Shown piece after piece: positions 26,896-38,241 of a stretch of 64,000 bases of DNA. The DNA is from Azolla caroliniana (taxonomy: Eukaryota; Plantae; Polypodiophyta). The stretch covers positions 21,700,001 through 21,764,000 of the forward strand of contig JBHGNT010000007.1 in NCBI GenBank assembly GCA_043228905.1, given 5' to 3'. Each line of letters opens with the position of its first letter. Positions within the stretch are counted from its first letter, which is position 1. The position numbers and the translations under genes are program-made. The notes beneath the pieces were generated by a model that saw only the letters and a program-made list of their open reading frames with translations, was not told the origin of the DNA and did no database searches.

Positions 26896-29350
26896 TACAT
26901 CACGGTCTTTGTTCTTGTGAATTTTGCACAGAAGCTTATGAGTATATCGTTGTATATTTATACGCTCATATATAACTGTAACACACATTTTTGCATTTTT
27001 GCCAACTTGTAAAGGAGTTGGTTGTTGACAAACACACATGTGGTCGAATCTAATATTGCAAATTAAGACTTTTCCATGTAAAACTCAGACTTGTTCTTTA
27101 CAAGTGCAACATTCATGATTAGAAATAAAATCGACCTCTGTAAGGTTATATTACCATATTTTTTCAGCCTATGAATTGGATATGCTGTCAGGTTTCTCAT
27201 GTATTGTCAGGTCTTCAACATTGCTTTCGAAAAAGGTTTTAAAAGGTGACTATTTGTGCAGTTGGATGTGTTGGGAAACCCTACGAATTGTAATGGGTGT
27301 AAAATGGACTGTCTCTCATGTTATCTAAATAGTCCATTATAATGAAACATGTGCTTCCCAGGAAATATCTATTAGATAATTCAACAAGATAATGCATGCT
27401 AAAGCACAATGTATAATCGTTGCCTTAATAGATCATCATATAAAAGAATGTTAAAACAATCCTATCAATTGATTGCATATTTGTCTCTATCTAATCATAA
27501 TTCTCACATTAAACATATGAATAGGATGGTGTAATAGTGAAGACAATGCCAAAAAGATAAGCCCATAGAATGTGCTGCTCATTTTGAAGATAATTTATGC
27601 GCTGATTAAAAAATGCTACGATGACTTTGCCACTTCGTTGACAACTTAATTATCATTGCCTCACCAAAAGGCAATCTTTCTTCTTTCTGATTTTACCTTT
27701 TGATATAATTTCACAGAATTTCTTGCATTATTCTTGCATTATTTATCATGTCCCCTACTCATCCTTATCTTCTTTTTTACTATCGTAACTAGCTTACCCA
27801 AATTGTAAGCTATTGTCTGTCAACTCAATGTTGTGGGTTCAAATATTTATATTTTTAATCATCTTTATTACTTATGTTAATTTACATATGGTATCGTTGC
27901 AAGGATAAGTGAAGGTTGAAAATACAGGGAACACAAACTTGAATTGAATACATTTTTTAGTGTCCACAAGGCAAATTTTGATCTATGGGACCAAATAAAC
28001 ATATCATCTTGGACACAACTTGCATTAAAGTGTGTGATACTAGTTTGGAGAAGAAAATAGTAACCTTGTCAAAACATCTAGTGTAACTTATTAACTCCAC
28101 ACACAATGTGAGAATGTTTCACTTTAATTCTATAGCTCATTTGATCTCCAAGGACAATAATAAAACCTCTCTTTCAAAGTGCAATTGAGTGGAAAGCCGT
28201 CTATAAGCCCAAAATTCATTACATCTTACAAATACAATGTACCCATCCTTAGACAATACACATAGTTTTATGATTAATCAGAAGGCAATGCATAAAATTG
28301 TGGTTTGCATGTCTTCACTCTTAGTTTCTTACAATAATCTCATTTGAGAAAAGAAAGTGAAAGATCTCATTTGTTCTTTGAACAATTTTCCATTGTATGT
28401 CCACAATCCCGTCAAGATATTTCACCATCGAGGAAACTTGCATATAATATAGAACATCAAGCCATTTGTGCAATGAACATCTTGAATGTTGATCATTCAT
28501 ACAAATGAAGAATCATGATTGTCAAATTGTACATCACAAAGCCTTTATTATTTATTATATGTGATTTCTCATTGACTCATCCTTGCTGGTTCAGTTTGTA
28601 GACAATGTAGCTTAGACATGCTTACAAGCCATATGTGGTGCTCACAAAAACATTTACATTACGCATATAGCACCTAGACATGCGTCTATCTATGTTTATC
28701 TTAGTGATTGTGTTGAATACAATTCAAGCATTACTGTACTAAAATTCTGGAGATCATTCATACACACTAATTCTGAAAATGCTAGAATACATCGAGTGAG
28801 TAGATTAACATCCTTGTTTGCTAGTCGTTGGAACTCACAAGTCTACTTGAAAGCTTCCATTCATCTATTTACAAAGGTAGATCAGGCCTATGAGTCCAGG
28901 AATACACTCATCTTTAGGACATTTAGCCCTTGTCAATATATATAGTTTTCTGTTTCCATTGGGAATCTTGTATTATATCACCTTTAGTTTCTCTCTCTGT
29001 GGCTCTTCGCTTGGTGGTTGGCACCATAGCATAGAAGTCATGAAAATGAGAGACTGAGGTTTGATCCTCACCCTGTACTCTGGCCCTTCCCATAGGTTAA
29101 ATTCAGTCTCCAATGGACATTAAAAATATATCAATATGTCTATTTGAGGATACCGCATATTGTGCTTTGCACATAATGTCTCGTCTTGTCTCTTAGTCAT
29201 CCCCAATTTGTATCACATTGTGCTTTGTATGTACACTCTTGTTTCTTCTCTTAATCAAGTGTATCAGGCAGTGATGAGACTTGACCCTTCAACCAACGGC
29301 TTACATGGAAAGCCAATGGCTGCAGATTTAAGTGACAAATGGCCACTAGT

Positions 29351-31471
29351 TTATTCTATAACATAGGCATTTGACATCAATATGTAAGCAGCACCATGCT
29401 CAGGTTGCAAGCTTACAACTTTCTCAAAAGCCTTTGTTGCTACTTCTATACAGTTCCCATGTACACAACATGCACCAAGAAGACATAGCCAAATAGTCAA
29501 GTCAGCCTCCGTTGGCATATGTGTCAAAAAGCTATATGCCTTCTCGATGTTCCCAGCTCTACAGGCAAGGTCAACCAAACTTCCATAATGCTTTGTGTCT
29601 GGAGTAATGCCATGATTTGTCTTAATTGAATCAAAGTAGTGATAACCATCACTAACAAGGCCAGCATGGCTACACACTGAAAGAATAGAAACAAAGGTCA
29701 CTCCATCAGGATCAATTCCACCAAGTTTTAACCTCTCAAACATTCTTAAGCTTTCAAGGATACCTCCAACTCCAATACAAGCATTCCACGCCTCCAATAA
29801 TGGCCTCGATATGCTAAGAAAGACTGCTTGTGCATCTGACATTCTTGCACAGCTTCTGTATGCATGGATTAGAGTTGGTGCAACAAAAGGTATGGATTCA
29901 TATCCGGCCGAAGTAAGACTAAAATGAACCTCTTGGGAGATGTCTAAGTTTCCGGAAATGCCACATGCTTGTAGAATGCATGTTAGGGTCATATTACTCA
30001 TGCCCACTTGCTCTTTTTGTAGAGCATGTTGGTATAGCCACAATGCATTCTCAGATTCGCACCAAGTTGTGTATATTGAAAGCATGGTAGTCCATGTCAC
30101 GATGTTGGGTTCTAGCAACGAGAAGAATACATTCTCAGCCTCACCCAAAACCCCACATTTCCCATACATGCTTACAAGGGCAGTCATAACCATCACATCA
30201 GATGCATATTGGGTTCTTCTGATGTCTGAATGAATAGCTCGGCCAATTTCAGCTGAAGCCCCACCTTTTATTGACAACATTTCCTCTTGCTCTGCAAGGA
30301 TGCCACATGCCTCTAATGCCATCACAAATGATAGGTCATTGGCACAAACACCTCCTTCTTTCTCATGCCTCATAATCATCTCTCTATATAAGAGCAAAAC
30401 TTCCTTTCCATGGCCTTGTTCAGCATAAACCGACAACATCGCATTCCACACCACGACATCGTGCTCATTCTCAATCAAGGCACCAACGAAAACGTGTTCT
30501 GCTTCTCGAATTGCCCCGCACTTTCCATACACACCAAGGAGGGAAGTGCCCACAAATGCACCGAATGCATAGTTCTTCCTAAGAGCATATGAATGCACAC
30601 CTTGCACAATCTCGAAAACACCGATCGGTGCATCTTCTTCTCCATTGGCATTAACTAGGATCTGCATCATATTATAGTCCATATAAACTAGGCATAGTGC
30701 ACAACATGCCTGAAGGGCAAACACAAGAGTGTGAGCATTCGGATCCACGCCTTCTTCTCTCATCTGCCGATAAAGTCGCAACGCCTTACAAGCCGAATCC
30801 TCTGTCTCCACAAAGATTGACAACATCGCCGACCATGAGACTATATTTCGTCTAGGCAGCATGTGAAATACCCACTCGGCTTCATTGATTCCACCACACT
30901 TCCCATACATACTCAACAAGCTATTGCACACAAAAAGGTCTTCATGAGATAAGATTCCTTCCACATGAGCATCTGCATGCAGCCTCATCCCTTGTGAGAG
31001 GTCCCCAATGATGCCACACGCTTTGAATAAGCTAGCATATGTGAACCCATTGGGTCGGAAGCCATCTTCGAGCATGAATCCGTACATCCTTAGAGCTTCA
31101 TGGCCATGACCAAGGTCTACACATGAAGAGATTATGGATGTCCATGAGAAGACAGACCTATGAAAAGAAGGCAACCCATGTGAGATATGGAGGGCATCAG
31201 AGAGAGCTCCACACTTGGCAAGGGCCACAATAAGGTAGCTTCCAATGAGCAAATACAGAGCTCTGTTGTTGCCGCTGTACAGATGGTAATGGGCATGGAC
31301 ATGGTGTATGTGAGAGAGAGACTTGAGGTTTGTACAGGCTCTGAGGAGAGAGATGTAAGTGTGGTGTGAGGGAGAGGGGATTGAGTGGAACAGAACTTCC
31401 ACTGCCCTGTTCAGCTTCCCTTCCCTGCTCAAGGTCTGAATGGTGTTCTCATGGTCTTCTTGCAGGATCAT
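29351..31471 (-). CDS. Intronless PLS-class PPR protein with LL-type long motifs, ending in the E region (no DYW)
   Basis: 706-aa ORF with repeated SMYGKCG...NIVSW motifs and C-terminal HYGSLVDLACRAG...WLCLLGACCVHG...AAYILMSNAY. Confidence 0.92.
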   Translation of the reverse strand: MILQEDHENTIQTLSREGKLNRAVEVLFHSIPSPSHHTYISLLRACTNLKSLSHIHHVHAHYHLYSGNNRALYLLIGSYLIVALAKCGALSDALHISHGLPSFHRSVFSWTSIISSCVDLGHGHEALRMYGFMLEDGFRPNGFTYASLFKACGIIGDLSQGMRLHADAHVEGILSHEDLFVCNSLLSMYGKCGGINEAEWVFHMLPRRNIVSWSAMLSIFVETEDSACKALRLYRQMREEGVDPNAHTLVFALQACCALCLVYMDYNMMQILVNANGEEDAPIGVFEIVQGVHSYALRKNYAFGAFVGTSLLGVYGKCGAIREAEHVFVGALIENEHDVVVWNAMLSVYAEQGHGKEVLLLYREMIMRHEKEGGVCANDLSFVMALEACGILAEQEEMLSIKGGASAEIGRAIHSDIRRTQYASDVMVMTALVSMYGKCGVLGEAENVFFSLLEPNIVTWTTMLSIYTTWCESENALWLYQHALQKEQVGMSNMTLTCILQACGISGNLDISQEVHFSLTSAGYESIPFVAPTLIHAYRSCARMSDAQAVFLSISRPLLEAWNACIGVGGILESLRMFERLKLGGIDPDGVTFVSILSVCSHAGLVSDGYHYFDSIKTNHGITPDTKHYGSLVDLACRAGNIEKAYSFLTHMPTEADLTIWLCLLGACCVHGNCIEVATKAFEKVVSLQPEHGAAYILMSNAYVIE

Positions 31472-31472
31472 T

Positions 31473-31501
31473 AAAACCCTAACCCTAAACCCTAAACCCT
31501 A
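31473..31501. repeat. Telomere-like/telo-box tract abutting the PPR start codon
   Basis: AAAACCCTAACCCTAAACCCTAAACCCTA. Confidence 0.85.
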
Positions 31502-31688
31502 GTCCCATCAAATGTTCACCCAAATGGCCGGCTTGACAAATGCCCATGGGCAAGCATACAAAGTGCCCAAGAGTACTACTACTCTCCTCTTTGCCCGATG
31601 TCGCCGTGTCACACCCAACCCATCACACCGCTCGAATACAGATTGTAATGTTTCTTGTCTCCTTGTTGCGCAATACATCAAACGAGGC

Positions 31689-32363
31689 TTTGAAGTGTCG
31701 AGATCATCGATTGGAGATTGGAAGTGCCGAGATCATCGATTAGGGATTGGAAGTGTCAAGATCATCAATTAGGTATTTGAACTTGAAGTATTGAAATCGT
31801 CAATGGGGGATTAGGGATTAGGGATTAGGGATTTGAAGTGTTGAGATCGTCGATTGGGAATTAGAGATTGGGGATTTGAAGTGTTGAAATCATTGATTGG
31901 TGATTTGAAGTGTCGAGATCTTCAATTGGGGAATAGGGATTTGAAGTGTTGAGATTGTCGATTGGGAATTGGAGACAGGGAATTTGAAGTGTTGAAATCG
32001 TCGATTGGGGACTTGGAAGTGCTGAGATAGTCGATTGGGGATTTCAAGTGCCAAGATCATTGATTGGGGATTTCAAGTGCCGAGATTGGGGATAGCATGA
32101 AGATCATTGATTGGGGATTTCAAGTGTCGCGAACGTTGATTGAGGATTTCAAACATCAAGATCATTGATTGGGGATTTCAATTGCCAAGATCATCGATTG
32201 TAGATTGGGGATTAGGGATTTGAAGTGTTGAAATCATCAAATGGGGACTTGAAGTGCCGAGATAGTCGATTGGGGATTTCAAGTGCCAAGATCGTCAATT
32301 GGGGATTTGAAGTGTCAAGATCATCGATTAGGGATTTGAAGTGTTGAGATTATCAATTGGGGA
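31689..32363. repeat. ~29-bp minisatellite (GGGGATTTGAAGTGTYGAGATCRTCGATT) with TTAGGGA-type heptamer inserts
   Basis: Roughly 20 degenerate units read directly. Confidence 0.9.
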
Positions 32364-32988
32364 TATTGGGGCACTTTGACATGCCAAATATATTCCAATA
32401 ACTCTTAGCAAGTATATGCCCACATCCACATATCCCACAAACAATACACACGAATATCAAGCATGTCGTCACTACTCATTTCTATTGTTTCTATATCGAT
32501 GAACCATTTTGACCTCAACCCTTTGGATATGGTGTGGTACAATCATAAAACGAGTGATCCATGTAGGAGTCGATAGTTTGAAGTTGACATTGTATATTGG
32601 GACACTTTGATATGCCTACAAGTATATTACAATACCTCTTTGCAGAGGATATGTTATCATGTACCCAAGAAAAATAATATGGATCGATGTGCACGAATAT
32701 CGTGTTTGTTATTGGTACTCATGATTTTCGTTGTTTCTATACCTATGAACCATGTCAATCTCGACTCTTGGATATGGTGTGTACAATCGTGAAAAGAGTG
32801 ATCCTTGTAGGTGTCGACAAATTGATGGCATTGGATATATAAGGCATTTTGGTATGCCAAGTATATTACGCCAACTCTTTTTGTGTGACAGGGCATCAAA
32901 AAATAATAATATTGATCGACGTGCACAAATCATGCATGTCATCGCTACTCCTTTTCGTTGTTTCTATACAGGGAACCATGTGTACGAA
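32360..32988. repeat. Degenerate ~240-bp tandem repeat (~2.6 copies)
   Basis: Recurring blocks CACTTTGAYATGCC, TTGTTTCTATA..GAACCAT and GGATATGGTGT..ACAATC..GAGTGATCC at about 240-bp spacing. Confidence 0.7.
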
Positions 32989-33445
32989 TGTCAGGAATAG
33001 TACTAAAGCAGAGATGGAATTAGTACTAAGAAGAGCAGTACTATTAGTACTAAGAGGAAGGGACTGCGTAAGATTCCCGAGAGAGAGGAAGTGAGAAGAG
33101 GAGAGAGAGAGAGAGAGAGAGATAGCGAAGATGAGAGAGAGAGAAAGATGATGACAACAGCTAATATATTATGTGAAAAAGATAAGTACAAGCGGCTAAG
33201 AGGCTTAAGATTGGTGTTGAACCAATTTGGTTCAACATAATGCCTAGTGCCTTCTTTTATAGTGTTGTCAGGAGTAATCCTGAAACTTCTAGAATGTTCC
33301 AAAGAAATCTGAAATATACATTACTTTCTTATAATAAAACATAAATGAAAATAATATCTTATGAATTACAATAGATGGTGTGATGGTTAAGAGCTCGACC
33401 CATATACCATAAGGTCATGGGTTCGAGGCTTGCCATATCATGACA

Positions 33446-36400
33446 CTATCTCCCCCTTAAAGACGACGAGTGGAACGAGTCGGCGCCACGAGTCGGCGCT
33501 GATTGCGGACCGGGTTTGTCCGGATACTTTCGGTGGAAATTAGCAAGCAGATCCTGAGCATTGGCAACATGCTTGACGGGTTCCCAAGTGCGTTCGCTCG
33601 GACTATAACCAAGCCAATCAACTAAATAATAAAGTTTGTTGCGAATAAGTTTGGAATCGAGGATGGCAGCAACTTCATACACCGGGCCGACGTCCAACTC
33701 CAGCGGGGGCGGCGGTGGTGTAACACGATCGGGAATGGTGTTGCGAATAAGTTTGGAATCGAGGATGGCAGCAACTTCATACACCGGGCCGACGTCCAAC
33801 TCCAGCGGGGGCGGCGGTGGTGTAACACGATCGGGAATGGTGTTTGCTTTATAAGGTTCAAGAAGAGAACAATGGAAAACCGGATGTATCTGAAGCTGCG
33901 AAGGGAGATCAAGGCGGAATGTGACATCATTAACCTTACCCGTAATACGGAAAGGACCGAGTCGTCGATAATCCAACTTGTCGCACGGTCGAGTAGTCTT
34001 GATGTGACGACGTAAGAGCCATACTCGATCTCCGATGGCAAAAGAGGAGGGAAGCCGATGACGATCCGCGTAAGTCTTCTGTGTCTGTTGAGCATGACGA
34101 AGATGAGTCGAGAGATCTGTCTAGATCTTGCGTAGTCTCTCCAAATGATCCCCGGCACGAGGATTGGTAGGTAGCTCCAAGGTGTCGATCACCGACCATT
34201 GAGGATGAGAACCGGTATAAGTGTAGAATGGGGAGACTCGAGTCGAGGAGTGAACAACATTATTATACGCAAACTCCACAAAGTGGAGAATCTCGGCCCA
34301 ATCGTCCTGTTGATAACTCAGGAAACACCGGAGATATTGCTCCAACGTTTGGTTTGTTCGTTCTGCCTGCCCATCGGTCTGAGGATGGTAGCCGGAGGAG
34401 AGGTTGCAAGAGACCTTGAGCATCTTGAAGAGATGCTGCCAAAATTTGGAGACAAATTGCGGTCCTTGGTCACTGATGATACTGTCTGGGAGGCCATGAT
34501 GCCGAAATACCTCACGCATGACTAGGGCGGCGGTTTCCTCGCTAGTGATGGCCTTAGTACACGGAACAAAATGTGCCATCTTCGTATATCGATCGACGAC
34601 GGTTAAGATAGCATCGAACCCCTGCGAGATCGGCAGATCTATGATAAAATCAAGACAAATAGACTGCCACGGCTTACTTGGAATCGGTAAGGGTTCCAAC
34701 AAGCCATATGGATGGTGTCGTGGCATCTTTGCTCGACATCAAGCATCACAGGTCCGAACATAGTCGTCGACAAAACGGTGCATGTGGGGCCACCAAAAAG
34801 ATCGTTGCACTAGCTCCAACATCTTAGTACTACCGAAATGTCCCGCCGTATGGGTGTCGTGACAATGTTGGACGATTTGAAGGCGACAAGAGCAATCGGG
34901 GACATATACGCGCTTTTTAAAGAATAACAAACCATCATGATATTCGAATTGTCGGTAGTCAATACCTGGTTGTTGAGACTGAGAACAAGATGCCCGAGAA
35001 GTATCAATGTGCGCCAGGATGTCTTGAGCAAAACTATCCGTCTTCAAGTTTGCACGTATGTCATCGGTAATCCGTGAATCCATCGGGGTGTGAAAAATCC
35101 GCGTCGTGTGCAATCGTGTTGGTCCCAAGATTACTTGCTTTTGATTATCAAATGTTGGATCACCAGGACGAGGTGCAAGATATGAACGTCGTGATAGTGC
35201 ATCTGCTTTTCCTTGCTGCTTCCCCGGTCGATATGTGATTTTGAAGTCGAAACGCGTGAGGAATTGCGCCCACCGAGCTTGCCGTCGATTTAGTACGCGA
35301 GCGTTCTTGATCACTAAAGACAATGACCTGATGTGGAGAGCCCTCTAAGAAATGCCGCCATTGCACAAATGAATCCACGATGGCTAATAACTCCTTGTCA
35401 TGTATTTCATAGTTGATTTCCGCGACATCGAATTTGCGTGAGTGGAAAGCCACCGGATGCAACTCTTCTTTATCTCCTTGTTGAGAAAGGATGCTACTGA
35501 GGGCGAAATCTGAAGCGTCGGCCTCCATGATGAATGGTTTGCTGGTATCCACATGAGCTAGAATCGGTGCTGATGTAAAGGCTTTCTTAAGATGCCGAAA
35601 AGCCATATCTGCTTCAATGGACCAAAGAAATGCTTGGCCCTTCTTCGTAAGTTGTGTGAGGGGTAAAATAATCTTCGAGTAATCCTGTATAAACTTACGG
35701 TAGAAGTTAGCAAAACCTAGAAAACATTGTACATCTCGTACCGACCGTGGAATTTTCCATTCTAGTACAGTTTGAACTTTAGCTAGATCCATGGCGATGC
35801 CCTTTGAGGAGATGACGTAGCCTAGAAATTCCACTTGCTTGCAGTCAAAGCTACATTTTTCTAGCTTGGCATAAAGATCATTCTCGCGGAGTCGCTTTAG
35901 TACTAATAGTACATGAGAATCGTGCTCTTACTGGGTCTTCGAATAAATCAATAGATCATCCAGATAGATGATCAAACAGATATCCAAGAGGTCTCTGAAT
36001 ATATCATTTGCCATGTGTTGGAAGACTGCGGGTGCATTGGTTAGGCCGAACGGCATAACAGTATACTCGAAATGCCCATACCGCGTGCGAAAGGCGGTCT
36101 TCCATTCTCGTAGATCAATTTTTGTAAAAAACTTGGCACCATTAACTCGCTCTAAAAGACTTGATATAAGAGGAAGTGCATACCTATTCCGAATGGTGAC
36201 CTTATTCAATCCGCGGTAATCAACGACGAGACGAAGTGAGCCATCTTTCTTCTTGACAAAGAAGATGGGTGCACCGACCGGAGATTTCGAATGACGGATG
36301 AACCCGCTTGCCAAGTTCTCCTCTATGTAGGCTCGAAGGACTTCTAACTCGGTGGGTGACAAGTTGTAAATTGGTCCCCATGGTGGCTCGGTTCCTGGTT

Positions 36401-37097
36401 GTAAATCGATGGGACAGTCATAGGGACGGTGATGAGGAAGGGTACCGGCTTTTACCTTGTCAAATACATCGGCATAAGGATGATATTTTGTCGGAAGTTG
36501 TACTGAGGAGTCCTTCTTAATAGTGCTGGAAGGATGTACTGATATTGCAAATAGGAACATTGCCTCCTTGTGTCCTTCTTTTCGTAATTGATGGAGTGAA
36601 ATGGTCGAAACTCGGTGAGTAGGTTCTTGGGGTGATCGATATCGGACTTCTCTTGTTCTCCAATCTATGGCTGGATTATGTAATTCAAACCAAGGTAATC
36701 CTAGGACAATGGGATGCTCTGGACTACTAATTATATTAAATGATATTACACACACAAAACTACCTAGGACAACTTGAATGGGTTCTGATTCTTCTACAAT
36801 ATTCCCGGAAGCAATGGGACGACCATCAATGACTACTACAGATGCGGGACAAGGAAGTTTTCTTAGGGATATCTGAGAAGCTTGGGCAAAATTTCGATCC
36901 ATGAAACAGGAATTAGCTCCAGAATCTAAGAGTGCTAGGACGGGTACTGGGGGAGTACTTTTAGTACTAACAATGACTTGGGCTAGGAACACATTGCTAA
37001 CTTGCTTGGAAGGAATGGAGCCACTAATGGGCTGTACAGATCTAGGGTTGTTGTCCAACCAAACGGCTCCTATTTTGGCTGGACTCAATCGTTTAAC
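33446..37097 (-). pseudogene. Gypsy pol (protease, RT, RNase H, integrase, chromodomain), disrupted
   Basis: [72 protein letters not shown]. Several stops and deletions. Confidence 0.93.
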
Positions 37098-38241
37098 TCT
37101 TCATCTAATTGACTAAGGATTTCAAATTTGTTTGAGATACTTGGGCTATTAGTACTATGAATACTATCTGACACTCTATTAGTACTATTAATACTATCAG
37201 ACACTCCGAAGGGAAGAATTGACTCGGGTTTAGTACAGGCGACGATTTGATTTACCTGTCTTCTAGGCCTATGGGGACAATTGATGGCGATATGTCCTGG
37301 TCCACCGCAATAAAGACATAATCGATTGGCACGTCATCGTTGCTTTTCTTCTCCCGATAACGGGCCGCGTCGACGGATGGTGTCGATCTCCATCGGGGTC
37401 GGAATATTGGCTTGAGGTACATCGCGTGCAAACGGTCTAGCCGTGACTGAGGCGTATGTGGGTTCCAGCCGAGAGCGTGGTATTTGTAATTGACGTTCCG
37501 AACGCCATTCGAAAAGGCGGTTGTCGCATCGGACCGCGCGACTGATTGCCTCCGTAAGAGACTTTGGTTCTTTGGGGAAGGTTAAAAGCAAATCTTTGAC
37601 ATCATTGCGCAAGCCGTAGCGAAACTGCTCCATGAGGGCCTGATCATCCCAGGGGATATCTGAGGCGAGTAGACGAAAATCCGCCGCGTAGGCAGAGGCT
37701 GGACGATCGCCTTGACGCAATCTTCGGATCTTGTTGATCGTCGTCCTGATGTTGTCGGTATCTCCAAAGCAGTCTTTAAACTCACCAATAAAATCTTCAA
37801 AGTTATTAAGCAAGGGTGATTGTTTTTCTAGAAGCGGAGCGAACCATGCCAAGGCTGAGCCGCTAAGTAACGTGCCTATTAGGCCGACTCGAGATGCATC
37901 AGTGGGATATCGGGAAGGATGCATCTGGATGACTAAGCGTACCTGATTAAGGAATCCCCGGAATTGCGATCGCGTTCCATCAAATTTCACAGGAAGTCCA
38001 ATCTTGGGCTCTTTATGAAATCCTTGGGGACTTGATCCTTGTTGTTGCAACACTGCTTCAAGTTGTTGTACCCGTAACGCTAACTCCCAATGTTGTTTTT
38101 GCGTTTGTTGTTTTTCGAGAGCGATTTGTTGCAGATCCACTATCAACCGTTGGTTTTCTTTTCCAGGGCAACAAACTTTTCTTTTAGGCACTGTAACTCT
38201 AAGAAAACGGATTGATATTCTTGGGCGCTAACAGTAGCCAT
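37085..38241 (-). pseudogene. Gypsy gag (retrotransposon gag + CCHC knuckle)
   Basis: MATVSAQ start at 38241, KEPKIGLPVKFDGTRSQFRGFL, CLYCGGPGHIAINC. One early frameshift, a premature TGA at 37334-37336, and the natural stop at 37085-37087. Confidence 0.9.

Noticed and set aside
29005-29080. SINE/tRNA-like traces (also B-box-like motifs near 27835 and 42560)
   Set aside because: Too degenerate; no TSD or tail identified.
31689-32363. CRISPR-like appearance of the 29-bp repeats
   Set aside because: No unique spacers, degenerate head-to-tail units, eukaryotic context and no cas genes.
33372-33440. Functional tRNA gene
   Set aside because: No complete cloverleaf or acceptor stem; reported only as a tRNA-like module.
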